Source: an uncultured Legionellales bacterium
GTDB taxonomy: Bacteria > Pseudomonadota > Gammaproteobacteria > CAZGQK01
Assembly (NCBI GenBank): GCA_964527645.1
Contig: CAZGQK010000005.1
Span: 375-64,374 of the forward strand
Length of the DNA stretch: 64,000 nt
Direction of reading: 5' to 3'
Each line of letters begins with the position of its first letter. Position 1 is the first letter of the stretch. This document shows positions 1-9,143 of the stretch, piece after piece. The notes under the pieces are model-generated. The model searched no databases. It had not been told where the DNA came from and saw only the letters and a program-made list of their open reading frames with translations. The position numbers and the translations under genes were made by a program.

Positions 1-615
1 ACGTAGCGAAGTGGTTCCCCACAATTGTTCATAGTTACCACAACCAGAATCTAGGCAAATCACAAAACTCGGTGAGCCGATACGTTCTTTTAAATGATCG
101 ACATAAAAAGGTAAATCATAACTACCGCTTTCTTCACAAGCTTCGATGATAACGACGCAGCGAGCGTGCGGGATATTTTGTTGTTGCAGTGCTGCAATCG
201 CTGTTAGTGAGGCAAACACGGCATAACCATCGTCAGCACCACCGCGACCATATAATTTGTCATCTTTAATAACGGGTTGCCAAGGACCTAGGTCCGCATC
301 CCAGCCGCTCATTTCGGGTTGTTTATCCATATGGCCGTACAGTAAAACCGTGTCATCATTTTGGCCGGGCACTTCAATAAACAGCAGTGGCGTACGGTTA
401 GGAAGCTCCACTACCTCCAGTTGCATAGCTTTAATCGGCTGTTTTTCACACCAATTAACCAGTAGTTGCATGGCTTTATGCATATGGCCATGTTGCTGCC
501 AATTAGCATCAAAAGCTGGTGATTTATTGGGGATTTTTATGAAATCTTGTAGTTCGCCGATGATGCTCTGATCCCAATTGCTATCCACATACTGTTGCAG
601 CTGTTTACTATCCAT
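1..615 (-). CDS. M20-family metallopeptidase/dipeptidase, N-terminal 205 codons (3' part lies beyond the left window edge)
   Basis: Open-ended minus-strand frame, absent from the ORF track because it has no stop in the window. ATG complement at 613-615. My translation MDSKQLQQYVDSNWDQSIIGELQDFIKIPNKSPAFD...LLYGHMDKQPE...LYGRGGADDGYAVF...IEACEESGS carries motifs typical of ArgE/DapE/CPG2-type (M20) peptidases. Confidence 0.7.
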   Translation of the reverse strand, partial: MDSKQLQQYVDSNWDQSIIGELQDFIKIPNKSPAFDANWQQHGHMHKAMQLLVNWCEKQPIKAMQLEVVELPNRTPLLFIEVPGQNDDTVLLYGHMDKQPEMSGWDADLGPWQPVIKDDKLYGRGGADDGYAVFASLTAIAALQQQNIPHARCVVIIEACEESGSYDLPFYVDHLKERIGSPSFVICLDSGCGNYEQLWGTTSLR

Positions 616-738
616 TTGATTGCCTCGTTGATAATCCCCCAGGGGCAACTTTGGCACAATTGTGCTGTGCTGACAAGGGATAAGGCAAGGTTGTCACAGC
701 CCTGCTATGATAGCAGTAGTATAGTTGAGGAGAAGTAG

Positions 739-1422
739 ATGGATATTATCAAACAGGCCAGTTTTACCCTAGAGGGAGTAGAAATTGTCGATGAGAGTGT
801 ATTGTTCCAAGGTTTTTTTTGTATGCGCAACTATAGTATCTGCCATGATTTGTTTGCCGGTGGGCGCAGTGAGGTCATTACGCGAGAATTATTGGTGAAG
901 AGTCAAGTGGCGGCGGCGCTGTTGTATGATCCGCATTTAAATAAAGTGGTGTTACTAGAACAATTTCGTTTAGGTGCTTTGGCCGATGAGCATAGTCCTT
1001 GGCTGTTGGAATTGGTAGCTGGCATGGCTGAAGAAAACGAAAGTTGTGAGGCCTTAATTCGGCGGGAAATTAAAGAAGAAGCAGGATTGGAGGCACAAGA
1101 TTTAATTCCTCTTTTTAATTATTGGACCTCACCAGGGTGTACGAATGAACGGTTAGCTTTGTACTGTGCCATTATAGATGCTAAAAAAGCAGGCGGTATT
1201 CATGGATTAGCAGAAGAGCATGAAGATATATTGGTACATGTATTGGATACACAAGAGGCAATAAGCGCGGTGCAAAGCGGTCGCATTAATAATGCGACAA
1301 CCATTATTGCGTTGCAGTGGCTGCAGTTGAATAAACAAAAGATTGATGAGAATTTAAAGCAAGGAATCTCTCCCGCTTACGGGGGTGACAAGGTCGCGGG
1401 GGATTCCAAAGGGGAGTTGTGA
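739..1422 (+). CDS. nudF: ADP-ribose pyrophosphatase (Nudix hydrolase, NudF-like) with a ~20-aa C-terminal extension
   Basis: Nudix box GMAEENESCEALIRREIKEEAGL (GX5EX7REUXEEXGU). The tail ...IIALQWLQLNKQ resembles the NudF C-terminus. The last codons and the stop lie inside a palindromic repeat. Confidence 0.8.
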   Translation: MDIIKQASFTLEGVEIVDESVLFQGFFCMRNYSICHDLFAGGRSEVITRELLVKSQVAAALLYDPHLNKVVLLEQFRLGALADEHSPWLLELVAGMAEENESCEALIRREIKEEAGLEAQDLIPLFNYWTSPGCTNERLALYCAIIDAKKAGGIHGLAEEHEDILVHVLDTQEAISAVQSGRINNATTIIALQWLQLNKQKIDENLKQGISPAYGGDKVAGDSKGEL

Positions 1423-1437
1423 AACACTCCCTTTTGG
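1368..1437. repeat. REP-like palindromic element overlapping the nudF 3' end
   Basis: CTCCCGC...GCGGGGGAT imperfect inverted repeat. It is followed by a 12-bp stem CCAAAGGGGAGT (1406-1417) / ACTCCCTTTTGG (1426-1437, one G-U pair) with loop TGTGAAAC that contains the nudF stop codon. The core resembles the ATCCCG...CGGGAT elements at 12620, 43386 and 43533. Confidence 0.5.
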
Positions 1438-1601
1438 TCGCCGGCAACGGCTGCAGAGGTGCCATTAAAGGCGCTAATAACGACGGATAGTACAATTAAT
1501 CCTAGCCACACGTAGTTCAATGACAGCCCGCCCAGCTTTATGTGGTTTAATTATAAGGCTTTGTCGGTGAAAAATCTATGTCAGATTAATTTTTATAATG
1601 T

Positions 1602-1868
1602 TCAAAAACCACCTTGAATTTTTTTCGATTCATTGATAATAATTTTGAATAATTGTTGGATGCAGGTGTTATCTAGATGATATTTTTCACTTAACGACGC
1701 ATGCAGTTGCTTAAGTTCTGTTTCTCGATTAGTATCTTTTATTTTTAGCGCGTTTTTTGCTTTTAATTTTCCGATATTTTTGCTTAAACTTTGCCTTCGT
1801 GCCAGCATTTTAATAATTTCGGCATCGATCAGTTCAATTTTTTTTCTAAGTTCTTTAATGCTTACCAC
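1602..1868 (-). CDS. chorismate mutase, stand-alone AroQ-class (88 aa)
   Basis: [36 protein letters not shown]... is the typical all-helical CM_2 N-terminus (R-x-I-D-x-I-L-x-LL-xxR). GTG start overlaps the stop of the upstream PDT gene by 7 nt. Confidence 0.8.
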   Translation of the reverse strand: MVSIKELRKKIELIDAEIIKMLARRQSLSKNIGKLKAKNALKIKDTNRETELKQLHASLSEKYHLDNTCIQQLFKIIINESKKIQGGF

Positions 1869-2464
1869 GATGAATCTCCTGGCGTTAAATAATTTTTTAC
1901 CACAACAAATGTAGTTAAATTAGGTTGTTGGTCGTGGATGCCCTCGGCAAGCAAGGTTAAATTAAATTGTTTGGCTGTTTGCTTGGCGGCAATAACGGCA
2001 CAGTTGGTGGTGAATTTATTTTCTGATAAATGCCGTGCTGCTTGTGCGGTGTCTTGGTATTCAACGATTTTGGCATGACCAAGCTGTTTTTCTAAATAGT
2101 TTTTGCATTGCGCCAGCGCCTGCGGATGTGAAACAATTGTTTTTATTTCACTAAGCTCTAGCGGTTCAGCTGCTATCAGGCACTGTTTAACGTCGAGCCA
2201 AATATCATCAATTGGAGTAAATGTATGTTTGCCCATAGCAATAAATGCAGATTTGACTAGTCCACCGTGGAGATTAACCACAGGAAAGATGCCTAGTTCA
2301 ATCGTTTGTTGTTCAATCGCAGCCAGCACACCTTCCATATCAATTAAATATTCGATGGCGGCTGTTATTTTTTTTTGTTGCAAATACTGCAGCGCAATGG
2401 CTTCAGAAAAAGAACCCATATCACCAGACACGCCTATTTTTATTGCTTTTTTCATATTACCCAC
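1862..2464 (-). CDS. pheA: prephenate dehydratase catalytic domain only (no ACT regulatory domain)
   Basis: PDT signatures [28 protein letters not shown] and NLTTFVVV (the TRF-motif position). It is only 200 aa and ends right after the catalytic domain. GTG at 2464; an alternative ATG start is at 2455. Confidence 0.75.
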   Translation of the reverse strand: MGNMKKAIKIGVSGDMGSFSEAIALQYLQQKKITAAIEYLIDMEGVLAAIEQQTIELGIFPVVNLHGGLVKSAFIAMGKHTFTPIDDIWLDVKQCLIAAEPLELSEIKTIVSHPQALAQCKNYLEKQLGHAKIVEYQDTAQAARHLSENKFTTNCAVIAAKQTAKQFNLTLLAEGIHDQQPNLTTFVVVKNYLTPGDSSW

Positions 2465-3539
2465 ACTGTGCTTTGTGTCTTAATAGATGATCCATGATGA
2501 CCAGTGCCGACATGGCATCAACAATGGGTACTGCGCGTGGCAGCACACAGGGATCGTGGCGACCAGTTGCTTGTAATGTTACTGCTTCATTATTAACATT
2601 GAGGGTTTGTTGTTTTTTGCTAATGGTAGCAACGGGTTTAAATGCCACACGAAAGTAAATAGTTTCACCCGTGGAAATACCACCTAAGGTACCGCCGGCA
2701 TAATTAGTTTTTACCGTGGTTTTAGCGTTTTTTTGCATAAAAGCATCGTTGTGTTGACTACCTTGCATGGTAACCCCATTAAAGCCTGAGCCGATATCAA
2801 AGCCTTTAACGGCATTGATGCTTAACATGGCTTTACCTAAATCAGCAGACAGTTTATCAAAAACCGGTTCACCTAAGCCGGTGGGCACGTTGCGAATAAC
2901 ACCTTTAATAATACCGCCGATGGAGTCACCTTGATCTCTAATTTCTGCAATGCGCTTTATCATTTTTTCTGCTGTGCTATTGTCTGGGCAGCGAATAATA
3001 TTACTTTCAATCTGATCTTTTTCGACATTTTTGTAATCGACATCGGTACAAATTTCGCCGACTTGTTCGACATAACTTAATATTTCAATGCCATGGTTTT
3101 GTGCCAAATATTTTTTGGCAATAGCACCAGCGGCGACACGTGCCAAGGTTTCTCGGGCACTGGCTCTACCACTGCCACGATAATCACGGCGTCCGTATTT
3201 TTTAAGATAAGTATAATCGGCATGCGAGGGTCGATAGACATCTTTGAGGTGTTGATAATCTTCCGGGCGCATATCTTTATTATAAGCCAGCAACAAAATG
3301 GGCGTGCCGGTAGTTTTATTGGCGAACACACCGGATAAAATATGAATTTGATCTTTTTCATCGCGTGGCGAGGTAATGGCACTTTGTCCGGGTTTACGGC
3401 GATTCAGTTCGTCTTGAATATCTTTTTCGGTTATTTCTAAACCAGGAGGGCAACCATCGACGATTACGCCAATGGCTCCACCATGGGATTCACCGCAAGT
3501 GGTGATTCTAAATAAAGTGCCAAAGCTATTACCAGACAT
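2457..3539 (-). CDS. aroC: chorismate synthase
   Basis: [33 protein letters not shown]... and [18 protein letters not shown] are canonical AroC motifs. 360 aa. Confidence 0.95.
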   Translation of the reverse strand: MSGNSFGTLFRITTCGESHGGAIGVIVDGCPPGLEITEKDIQDELNRRKPGQSAITSPRDEKDQIHILSGVFANKTTGTPILLLAYNKDMRPEDYQHLKDVYRPSHADYTYLKKYGRRDYRGSGRASARETLARVAAGAIAKKYLAQNHGIEILSYVEQVGEICTDVDYKNVEKDQIESNIIRCPDNSTAEKMIKRIAEIRDQGDSIGGIIKGVIRNVPTGLGEPVFDKLSADLGKAMLSINAVKGFDIGSGFNGVTMQGSQHNDAFMQKNAKTTVKTNYAGGTLGGISTGETIYFRVAFKPVATISKKQQTLNVNNEAVTLQATGRHDPCVLPRAVPIVDAMSALVIMDHLLRHKAQCG

Positions 3540-3540
3540 G

Positions 3541-4650
3541 CTATTTCTCCTGTAGTGCCAACAAGGCTTGTTTAATTATTTCATCTGCTATTGCGTGGGT
3601 GAAGTTATTTTTTTCGGGATAAGCTTCGCCAATATTTTTTAACAAAACATAATGCACCTCACCACCCATGGACTTTTTATCAAGTTTGGTTAGTTCGATT
3701 AACTTTGCTGCATCGATAGTTTGGAAAAATTCACGAGTGATGCCTATTTTATTAAGCAGCTTAAGGATTTTTTGATAAGGATCATCGGGTAATATGCCTG
3801 ATAGTTGTGAAATTTTTGCTTCTGCCAATAGTCCGTAGCCTACAGCATAACCGTGTGGCACTTGATAATGCGTGAATTTTTCGATGGCATGGCCAATGGT
3901 GTGGCCAAAATTTAAAATTTTACGATAACCAGCTTCTTTTTCATCTTGCTGGATAACTGATGCTTTAATGCGTAACGCACGATTAATCAACTCAGCGGTA
4001 GTTTCTTCATCAAAGGATAAGATTTTTTCAATATTATTTTCATAAAATTGGCTGGCTTCGCGATCATTGGTAAGAAACATTTTTAGCGCTTCAATTGAAC
4101 CGTTTATCATTTGTTCTTTGCTGAGGGTTTTAAGGCAGTGGGGGTCAATGATCACCGTTTGTGGCTGGTAGAATGCACCAATTAAATTTTTACCATACTT
4201 AGTGTTGATGCCGACTTTGCCACCGACGCTGCTATCTACCATGGCTAATAAAGTGGTGGGAATTTGTAGGTAGCCAATGCCGCGCATGTAGGTTGCTGCT
4301 AAAAAACCCGCAACATCACCCACCACACCGCCTCCTAAGGCTAAAATTAAGGTGTTGCGATCACACTGTTGCGCAAACAGCTGGGCCTCTAGTTGCTCTT
4401 TGGTGTGTTGGTTTTTTGCTTGTTCACCCGCGGGAAAGGCAAGTAATTGCACGGGATAATGGTTTTGTTGCAAGTGTTTTAACAATTTATCGCCATAAAG
4501 TTTTGCCACTTGATCATCGGTGATGATAATCAAATTACTGGGTGATTTAATAGTGGCCAAGTATTCATTAACAGCTTCGAATAAATCCGCACCGATTGTG
4601 ATGGTATATGCGTGCTGTTTTTCAGCAAGGTTGATGGCGATAGAAGTCAT
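3541..4650 (-). CDS. aroB: 3-dehydroquinate synthase
   Basis: [49 protein letters not shown] and the GHTIGHAIE metal site. The track ORF extends to 4659, but ATG 4650 sits 10 nt from a GGAGG (4661-4665), aligns with E. coli AroB, and gives an ATGA overlap with the DAHP synthase stop. Confidence 0.9.
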   Translation of the reverse strand: MTSIAINLAEKQHAYTITIGADLFEAVNEYLATIKSPSNLIIITDDQVAKLYGDKLLKHLQQNHYPVQLLAFPAGEQAKNQHTKEQLEAQLFAQQCDRNTLILALGGGVVGDVAGFLAATYMRGIGYLQIPTTLLAMVDSSVGGKVGINTKYGKNLIGAFYQPQTVIIDPHCLKTLSKEQMINGSIEALKMFLTNDREASQFYENNIEKILSFDEETTAELINRALRIKASVIQQDEKEAGYRKILNFGHTIGHAIEKFTHYQVPHGYAVGYGLLAEAKISQLSGILPDDPYQKILKLLNKIGITREFFQTIDAAKLIELTKLDKKSMGGEVHYVLLKNIGEAYPEKNNFTHAIADEIIKQALLALQEK

Positions 4651-5693
4651 ACTGGGCATACCTCCTTCGCTAACTGCAATAATAAGTCTTCAGTTTGTTC
4701 CCAGCCTAAACAAGGGTCAGTAATAGACAGGCCTTGTTTATCTATTTGTTCAGGTTTATCGGGGTTAACTTTTTGATTGCCTTCTTTGATGAAACTCTCG
4801 AGCATAAAGCCTTTGACGAGTTGCCTTAATTCAGGGCGTGATTTGATGCTTTGCAAAACATCACGCACGATTTGCGGCTGCCGGTTAGGTTCTTTTTTGC
4901 CGTTAACCAAACAATTGTCGTGACTGACATCAATCATAATGGATGGATTGCGAATGTTGTGTTGCTGCATCATCTCTCTTACGTTTTCTAAATGTGCCAG
5001 CGAATAATTTGGGCCTTGTTGCGAGCCACGCAACACCAAATGTGCGTAGGGGTTGCCTTGTGTTTGCACTTCGTTGCCATCAAATGCCGCCACATGTGGA
5101 TATTGTGCGGCAATAATGCTGTTAATACCCACCTTTAGTGATCCATGTGTTGGATTTTTTAAGCCCACGGCGCTGTCAATGGCTGAGGCGAAGATGCGAT
5201 GCTCTTGATCTTCTGCACTTCTGGCACCAATGGCGACCCAGGACAATAATTCGATGAATCCGCGGGCATTGTGGGTAAATAAAGCTTCATCGGCGATGGC
5301 TAAGCCCATTTTTGTGATTTCCACCATCATGTTGCGTGCATATCTTATGCCGGCTTCGATATCGGGGTAAGCACAAGGATCCGGCTGATTAACGGGGCCT
5401 GACCAACCTTTGGTGGTGCGCGGTTTTTGGATATAAACGCGCATCACTAATTTTACGGCATGTTTTACTTTTTTATCAAGCTGGTGTAAGCGTTTGGCGT
5501 ATTCAAGGACAGCTGTGTTCGGCCAAGCGGAGCAAGGTCCAACAACAATTAGCAGGCGTTTATCTTTACCGGCTAAAATATTTTTTATTTCTTGGCGGTT
5601 TTCTTCGATTTTTTTATAGCCGGCTTGTGACAGAGTAATTTCTTTTATGATTTCATCTGCTGTCGATATTTTTTTTATAATTTTATAATTCAT
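4647..5693 (-). CDS. aroG: 3-deoxy-7-phosphoheptulonate (DAHP) synthase, class I-alpha (AroG/F/H type)
   Basis: RLLIVVGPCSAWP...VMRVYIQKPRTTKGWSGPVNQPD matches the E. coli AroG pattern. 348 aa. Feedback specificity cannot be read from the sequence. Confidence 0.9.
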   Translation of the reverse strand: MNYKIIKKISTADEIIKEITLSQAGYKKIEENRQEIKNILAGKDKRLLIVVGPCSAWPNTAVLEYAKRLHQLDKKVKHAVKLVMRVYIQKPRTTKGWSGPVNQPDPCAYPDIEAGIRYARNMMVEITKMGLAIADEALFTHNARGFIELLSWVAIGARSAEDQEHRIFASAIDSAVGLKNPTHGSLKVGINSIIAAQYPHVAAFDGNEVQTQGNPYAHLVLRGSQQGPNYSLAHLENVREMMQQHNIRNPSIMIDVSHDNCLVNGKKEPNRQPQIVRDVLQSIKSRPELRQLVKGFMLESFIKEGNQKVNPDKPEQIDKQGLSITDPCLGWEQTEDLLLQLAKEVCPV

Positions 5694-6514
5694 TTTCCTA
5701 GGCCTTCTTTTATAACTGCTTTCATTTTATTAATAGTCTCGCTGTCAATGCTTGCTATATTTTTCCACAAGGTAATTTGTGCAAGTCCCTGTGCTACAAA
5801 CATATCCAAGCCAGAGATGGTTTTTGCGCCGGCCTGCTCAGCTTGTTGTAATAATAACGTATTAATGGGGTTATAAATCATATCAAACACTACTTGATGT
5901 GGTTTAAATGCGTAATCCGGCAAGGATGATTGTGCGCTATTGGGAAACATGCCCAGTGGTGTGGCGTTAATAATCACCTCTAAATCTAGTGATGCTAAAT
6001 CTTTGTGTTCGACCACTGTACCGCCAAAAATTTTCGCTAAGTTTTCTGCCTTGCTTTTAGTGCGGTTTAACCAGTAGAGATTGCTGCTTTGTTGTTTTAA
6101 ATAATAACCCAGCGCACAAGCCCCACCACCGGCGCCTAAAATAAGCACGTTTTTATTGCTGAGCTCAACCTTGCGTAAGGCATAAGCAATGCCATTGACA
6201 TCGGTGTTGTGGCCGAGCAATTTATTATCGCGATTAATGATGGTGTTGACTGCTCCCAGCGCTTCTGCTGCGGGGCTGAGCTGATCCATATGGGTTATGA
6301 CTTCCTGTTTTAACGGCATTGTCACGGCGGTTAAGCCTATGCCAAGTGTTTTAATGGCTGCAATTAATGTATCGGCTTTGGCATTTTCAACAGCGACCAT
6401 GACCGTATCAATAGCTAATTCTGCGTAAATACTATTGTGCAATAAGGGGCTCATACTGTGTGCAATGGGTTTTCCAGCGACTAAATTTAATTTTGTTTTA
6501 GCGCTACGATTCAT
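5690..6514 (-). CDS. aroE: shikimate 5-dehydrogenase
   Basis: GKPIAHSMSPLLHN, VTMPLKQEV, NTD and the GAGGGACA Rossmann motif. 274 aa. Confidence 0.9.
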   Translation of the reverse strand: MNRSAKTKLNLVAGKPIAHSMSPLLHNSIYAELAIDTVMVAVENAKADTLIAAIKTLGIGLTAVTMPLKQEVITHMDQLSPAAEALGAVNTIINRDNKLLGHNTDVNGIAYALRKVELSNKNVLILGAGGGACALGYYLKQQSSNLYWLNRTKSKAENLAKIFGGTVVEHKDLASLDLEVIINATPLGMFPNSAQSSLPDYAFKPHQVVFDMIYNPINTLLLQQAEQAGAKTISGLDMFVAQGLAQITLWKNIASIDSETINKMKAVIKEGLGK

Positions 6515-6944
6515 GGTTTAAATGCTCCATTAAAACTTTCACAGCTTCACGATAGCCGGCGGCTTTTTTGCCACTAATAACCGCGATACACGCCGGCGCG
6601 GTAACCGATTTTTGTCGCCAAGTTTCACGCTCCTGCAGTTGCGAAAGGTGCACTTCTATGGCTGGCAACCTTGTATCAATTAGCGCATCGTGTAGCGCGT
6701 AAGAGTAATGCGATAGGGCCCCTGGATTGATGATAACACCATCACAGTTGGGAGATTGCTCTTGTAGTATGTCAATCAGCTCGCCTTCATGGTTGGACTG
6801 GTAGCAAAGCACTTCGCCTTGGTATTTTTTTGTTGCTTCTGCAACCAATGTTTCTAGCTCGGCCAATGTTAAGCTACCGTAGTGTTGCTTATCGCGTTGT
6901 CCTAATTTATTCAGATTAGGGCCATGTAATAGTAATATCTTCAT
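6504..6944 (-). CDS. aroQ: type II 3-dehydroquinate dehydratase
   Basis: MKILLLHGPNLNKLGQRDKQHYGS...SNHEGELID...IINPGALSHYSYALHDA are canonical type II DHQase motifs. 146 aa. Confidence 0.95.
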   Translation of the reverse strand: MKILLLHGPNLNKLGQRDKQHYGSLTLAELETLVAEATKKYQGEVLCYQSNHEGELIDILQEQSPNCDGVIINPGALSHYSYALHDALIDTRLPAIEVHLSQLQERETWRQKSVTAPACIAVISGKKAAGYREAVKVLMEHLNHES

Positions 6945-7498
6945 GTTTGTTCACCTGGCGATTCATTTAATTTTTTCACGATATGTTTAACAGTATTTTC
7001 TAGTAATGCGCTGTTGTCAATCGTAAAAGTTGCTAAGTTTTGGTAGATCTCCTTTCGCAGGCACCAAAGTGCGTCGAAGACTTCTGACATCGAGCCATTA
7101 TCCGCGAAGAACGCAGGTTTACCACCAGCCAATAGTCTTTGATAAACCAGCTGTTGTGTCGCGGTTATGTGGATAACCGTGTGTTGTTTTATCAAGGCTT
7201 GATTGTCTGTCTTAATCGGTGTGCCGCCTCCCAAAGAGATAATGCCGCCACTTTTTTTCAAAACTTCCTTGAGCGCATTATGTTCTAATTCTCGGAAATA
7301 ATCTTCGCCGTACTGTTGTACTATTTTGCGCGTAGACAAGTGCCGGTTATTGTTTTTTTGATAGAGATTTTCAATAATTTTATCTAAATCAATAAATTCT
7401 TTATCTAGCCTTTTTGCCAGCAATTTTCCTACACAAGATTTACCGACACTTTTAAAGCCGATCAGTAATATATTTTTTTCAGGTGAAATATCAGACAT
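6941..7498 (-). CDS. aroK: shikimate kinase
   Basis: P-loop IGFKSVGKSCVGKLLA, the D-x-D (FIDLD) shikimate-binding region and the GGG motif (SLGGGT). 185 aa. Confidence 0.85.
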   Translation of the reverse strand: MSDISPEKNILLIGFKSVGKSCVGKLLAKRLDKEFIDLDKIIENLYQKNNNRHLSTRKIVQQYGEDYFRELEHNALKEVLKKSGGIISLGGGTPIKTDNQALIKQHTVIHITATQQLVYQRLLAGGKPAFFADNGSMSEVFDALWCLRKEIYQNLATFTIDNSALLENTVKHIVKKLNESPGEQT

Positions 7499-8789
7499 TT
7501 TTCACCTCCATTATCGCCCCCAAAGATTGCATGGTTTGCACATAGGTGGGGTAAGTTTTATTAATGGCTTCGCTGCCAGTAATGACTGTTTCCCCCTGTG
7601 CTAACAGGCCGGCAACAGACAGGGCCATTACCGTGCGATGATCATCATAACCGTTAACTTTAGCGCCACGGAGTTTACTTTGCGCGATGACCATGCTATC
7701 TGCTAACGTTTCAACATGTGCGCCTAACTGAATTAAACCTTTGCTCATCGAATGAATGCGGTCGGTTTCTTTTATGCGGGCGTGTTTAACATTGATAATT
7801 TTTGTCCTACCTTGTGCATAAGTGCCAAGCACAGCTAATGTGGGCAGCAAGTCTGGAATATCGTTGGCATCAATCGTTATACCTTGCAATGGGTTGCCAC
7901 CCTTAATCAGTAAATGCGCTTCGGCTATCTGAATATCCGCGCCCATTTTTTGTAAAATTGCAATTAATTGCTTATCCCCTTGTGCTGATTGCCTATTTAA
8001 TCCGTTTAGTTTTACCGTTCCCGGTAACATAGTGGCAGCAGCGATTAAATACGAAGCTGAGGAAAAATCACCATCGATGTGTGTGTGTAAAGGTTTATAG
8101 TTTTGTTGGCCCTTAATGTTAAAAACATCATTGTTGTCGTGTTGTTGATGTGTGTAATCAATGCCGTGTTTTTTCAGACAATTCAGTGTCATTTCTACGT
8201 AAGGCCGTTCTTGTAAATCTTTAACAGTAATTTCACTGTCGCCACGAGCGCATGGCAATTGTAGCAATAAGGCCGAAAGATATTGTGAGGTTGCGCCATC
8301 TATGCTGACCTTGCCACCTTGCAGTTGCCCAGATACAGAAATCGGTAGTGCATTTTTATTTTGTAAATAGTTTATTTGCAAACCCAATGCTTGCAAAACA
8401 TCTAGTAAAGGGTGAATCGGTCTTTGGCGCATTTGTTCACCAGAATCAAAGGTTACCGGCTCCTTGGTGTTGGCGCGCAAACCAAGTGCTGGCAGCATAA
8501 AGCGCGTGGTAATGCCAGAATTGCCAGAATAAAGTTTATTCGTATTGATTGCTAAAGGTAGCCCATGGCTTGTTAGAGTAATTTTGTTGTGTTGCATCTG
8601 CACGTTGGCACCTAACTGTTGACATAGCTCAATGGCGTCATGAGTGTCACTGGCATCTAGGGCATTGCCCAGTGTGGATTCACCGTTGGCAAGTAATGCC
8701 AAGATGATGGCTCTGATGGTCTCCGACTTAGAAGCGGGGACTGTAGCTTTACCATTTAAGGTAGGTGTGTTTTTTACCAACAGGTTCAT
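7491..8789 (-). CDS. aroA: 3-phosphoshikimate 1-carboxyvinyltransferase (EPSP synthase)
   Basis: VPASKSETIRAIILALLANGES, LYSGNSGITTRFMLP, IKETDRI and DHRTVMAL. 432 aa. First gene of the aro operon. Confidence 0.95.
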   Translation of the reverse strand: MNLLVKNTPTLNGKATVPASKSETIRAIILALLANGESTLGNALDASDTHDAIELCQQLGANVQMQHNKITLTSHGLPLAINTNKLYSGNSGITTRFMLPALGLRANTKEPVTFDSGEQMRQRPIHPLLDVLQALGLQINYLQNKNALPISVSGQLQGGKVSIDGATSQYLSALLLQLPCARGDSEITVKDLQERPYVEMTLNCLKKHGIDYTHQQHDNNDVFNIKGQQNYKPLHTHIDGDFSSASYLIAAATMLPGTVKLNGLNRQSAQGDKQLIAILQKMGADIQIAEAHLLIKGGNPLQGITIDANDIPDLLPTLAVLGTYAQGRTKIINVKHARIKETDRIHSMSKGLIQLGAHVETLADSMVIAQSKLRGAKVNGYDDHRTVMALSVAGLLAQGETVITGSEAINKTYPTYVQTMQSLGAIMEVKNV

Positions 8790-9143
8790 AATCTTCTCTC
8801 TTATGCTGAGCTATTATGCTAGATCACAGCAAAACAATCACACAAAACATTTGTTGTGTTGCTCGAAGTAGGGTAATTCAGTTTTGAGGTATATGTTTAT
8901 GCTTGGCCTGGGGGCCAAAAATAAAAGAAAAAAGAGGTTGGGTAGACAGATGCACGCACGTTATCGCTTGCTAGAGCAGCGATGGCGGTGGTGTTTTGTT
9001 GGAGGGGAACACGTTTCATGTGTTGTAGTCTCTGTCTATAAAATGAACATCAATAATAAGTCTACGTGATTGCATAAAATTTGTCAAACGCAACCAAAGT
9101 GGAATTTTTTAATTATAAATCAATAGGTAAGGGTGATATATGC

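Noticed and set aside
8884-9069. 61-aa plus-strand ORF in the aroA / NSS-transporter intergenic region
   Set aside because: The translation (KNKRKKRLGRQMHARYR..., Trp/Cys-rich) is highly basic and odd, with no convincing SD and no family resemblance. The region is more plausibly the aro operon promoter and the transporter terminator.
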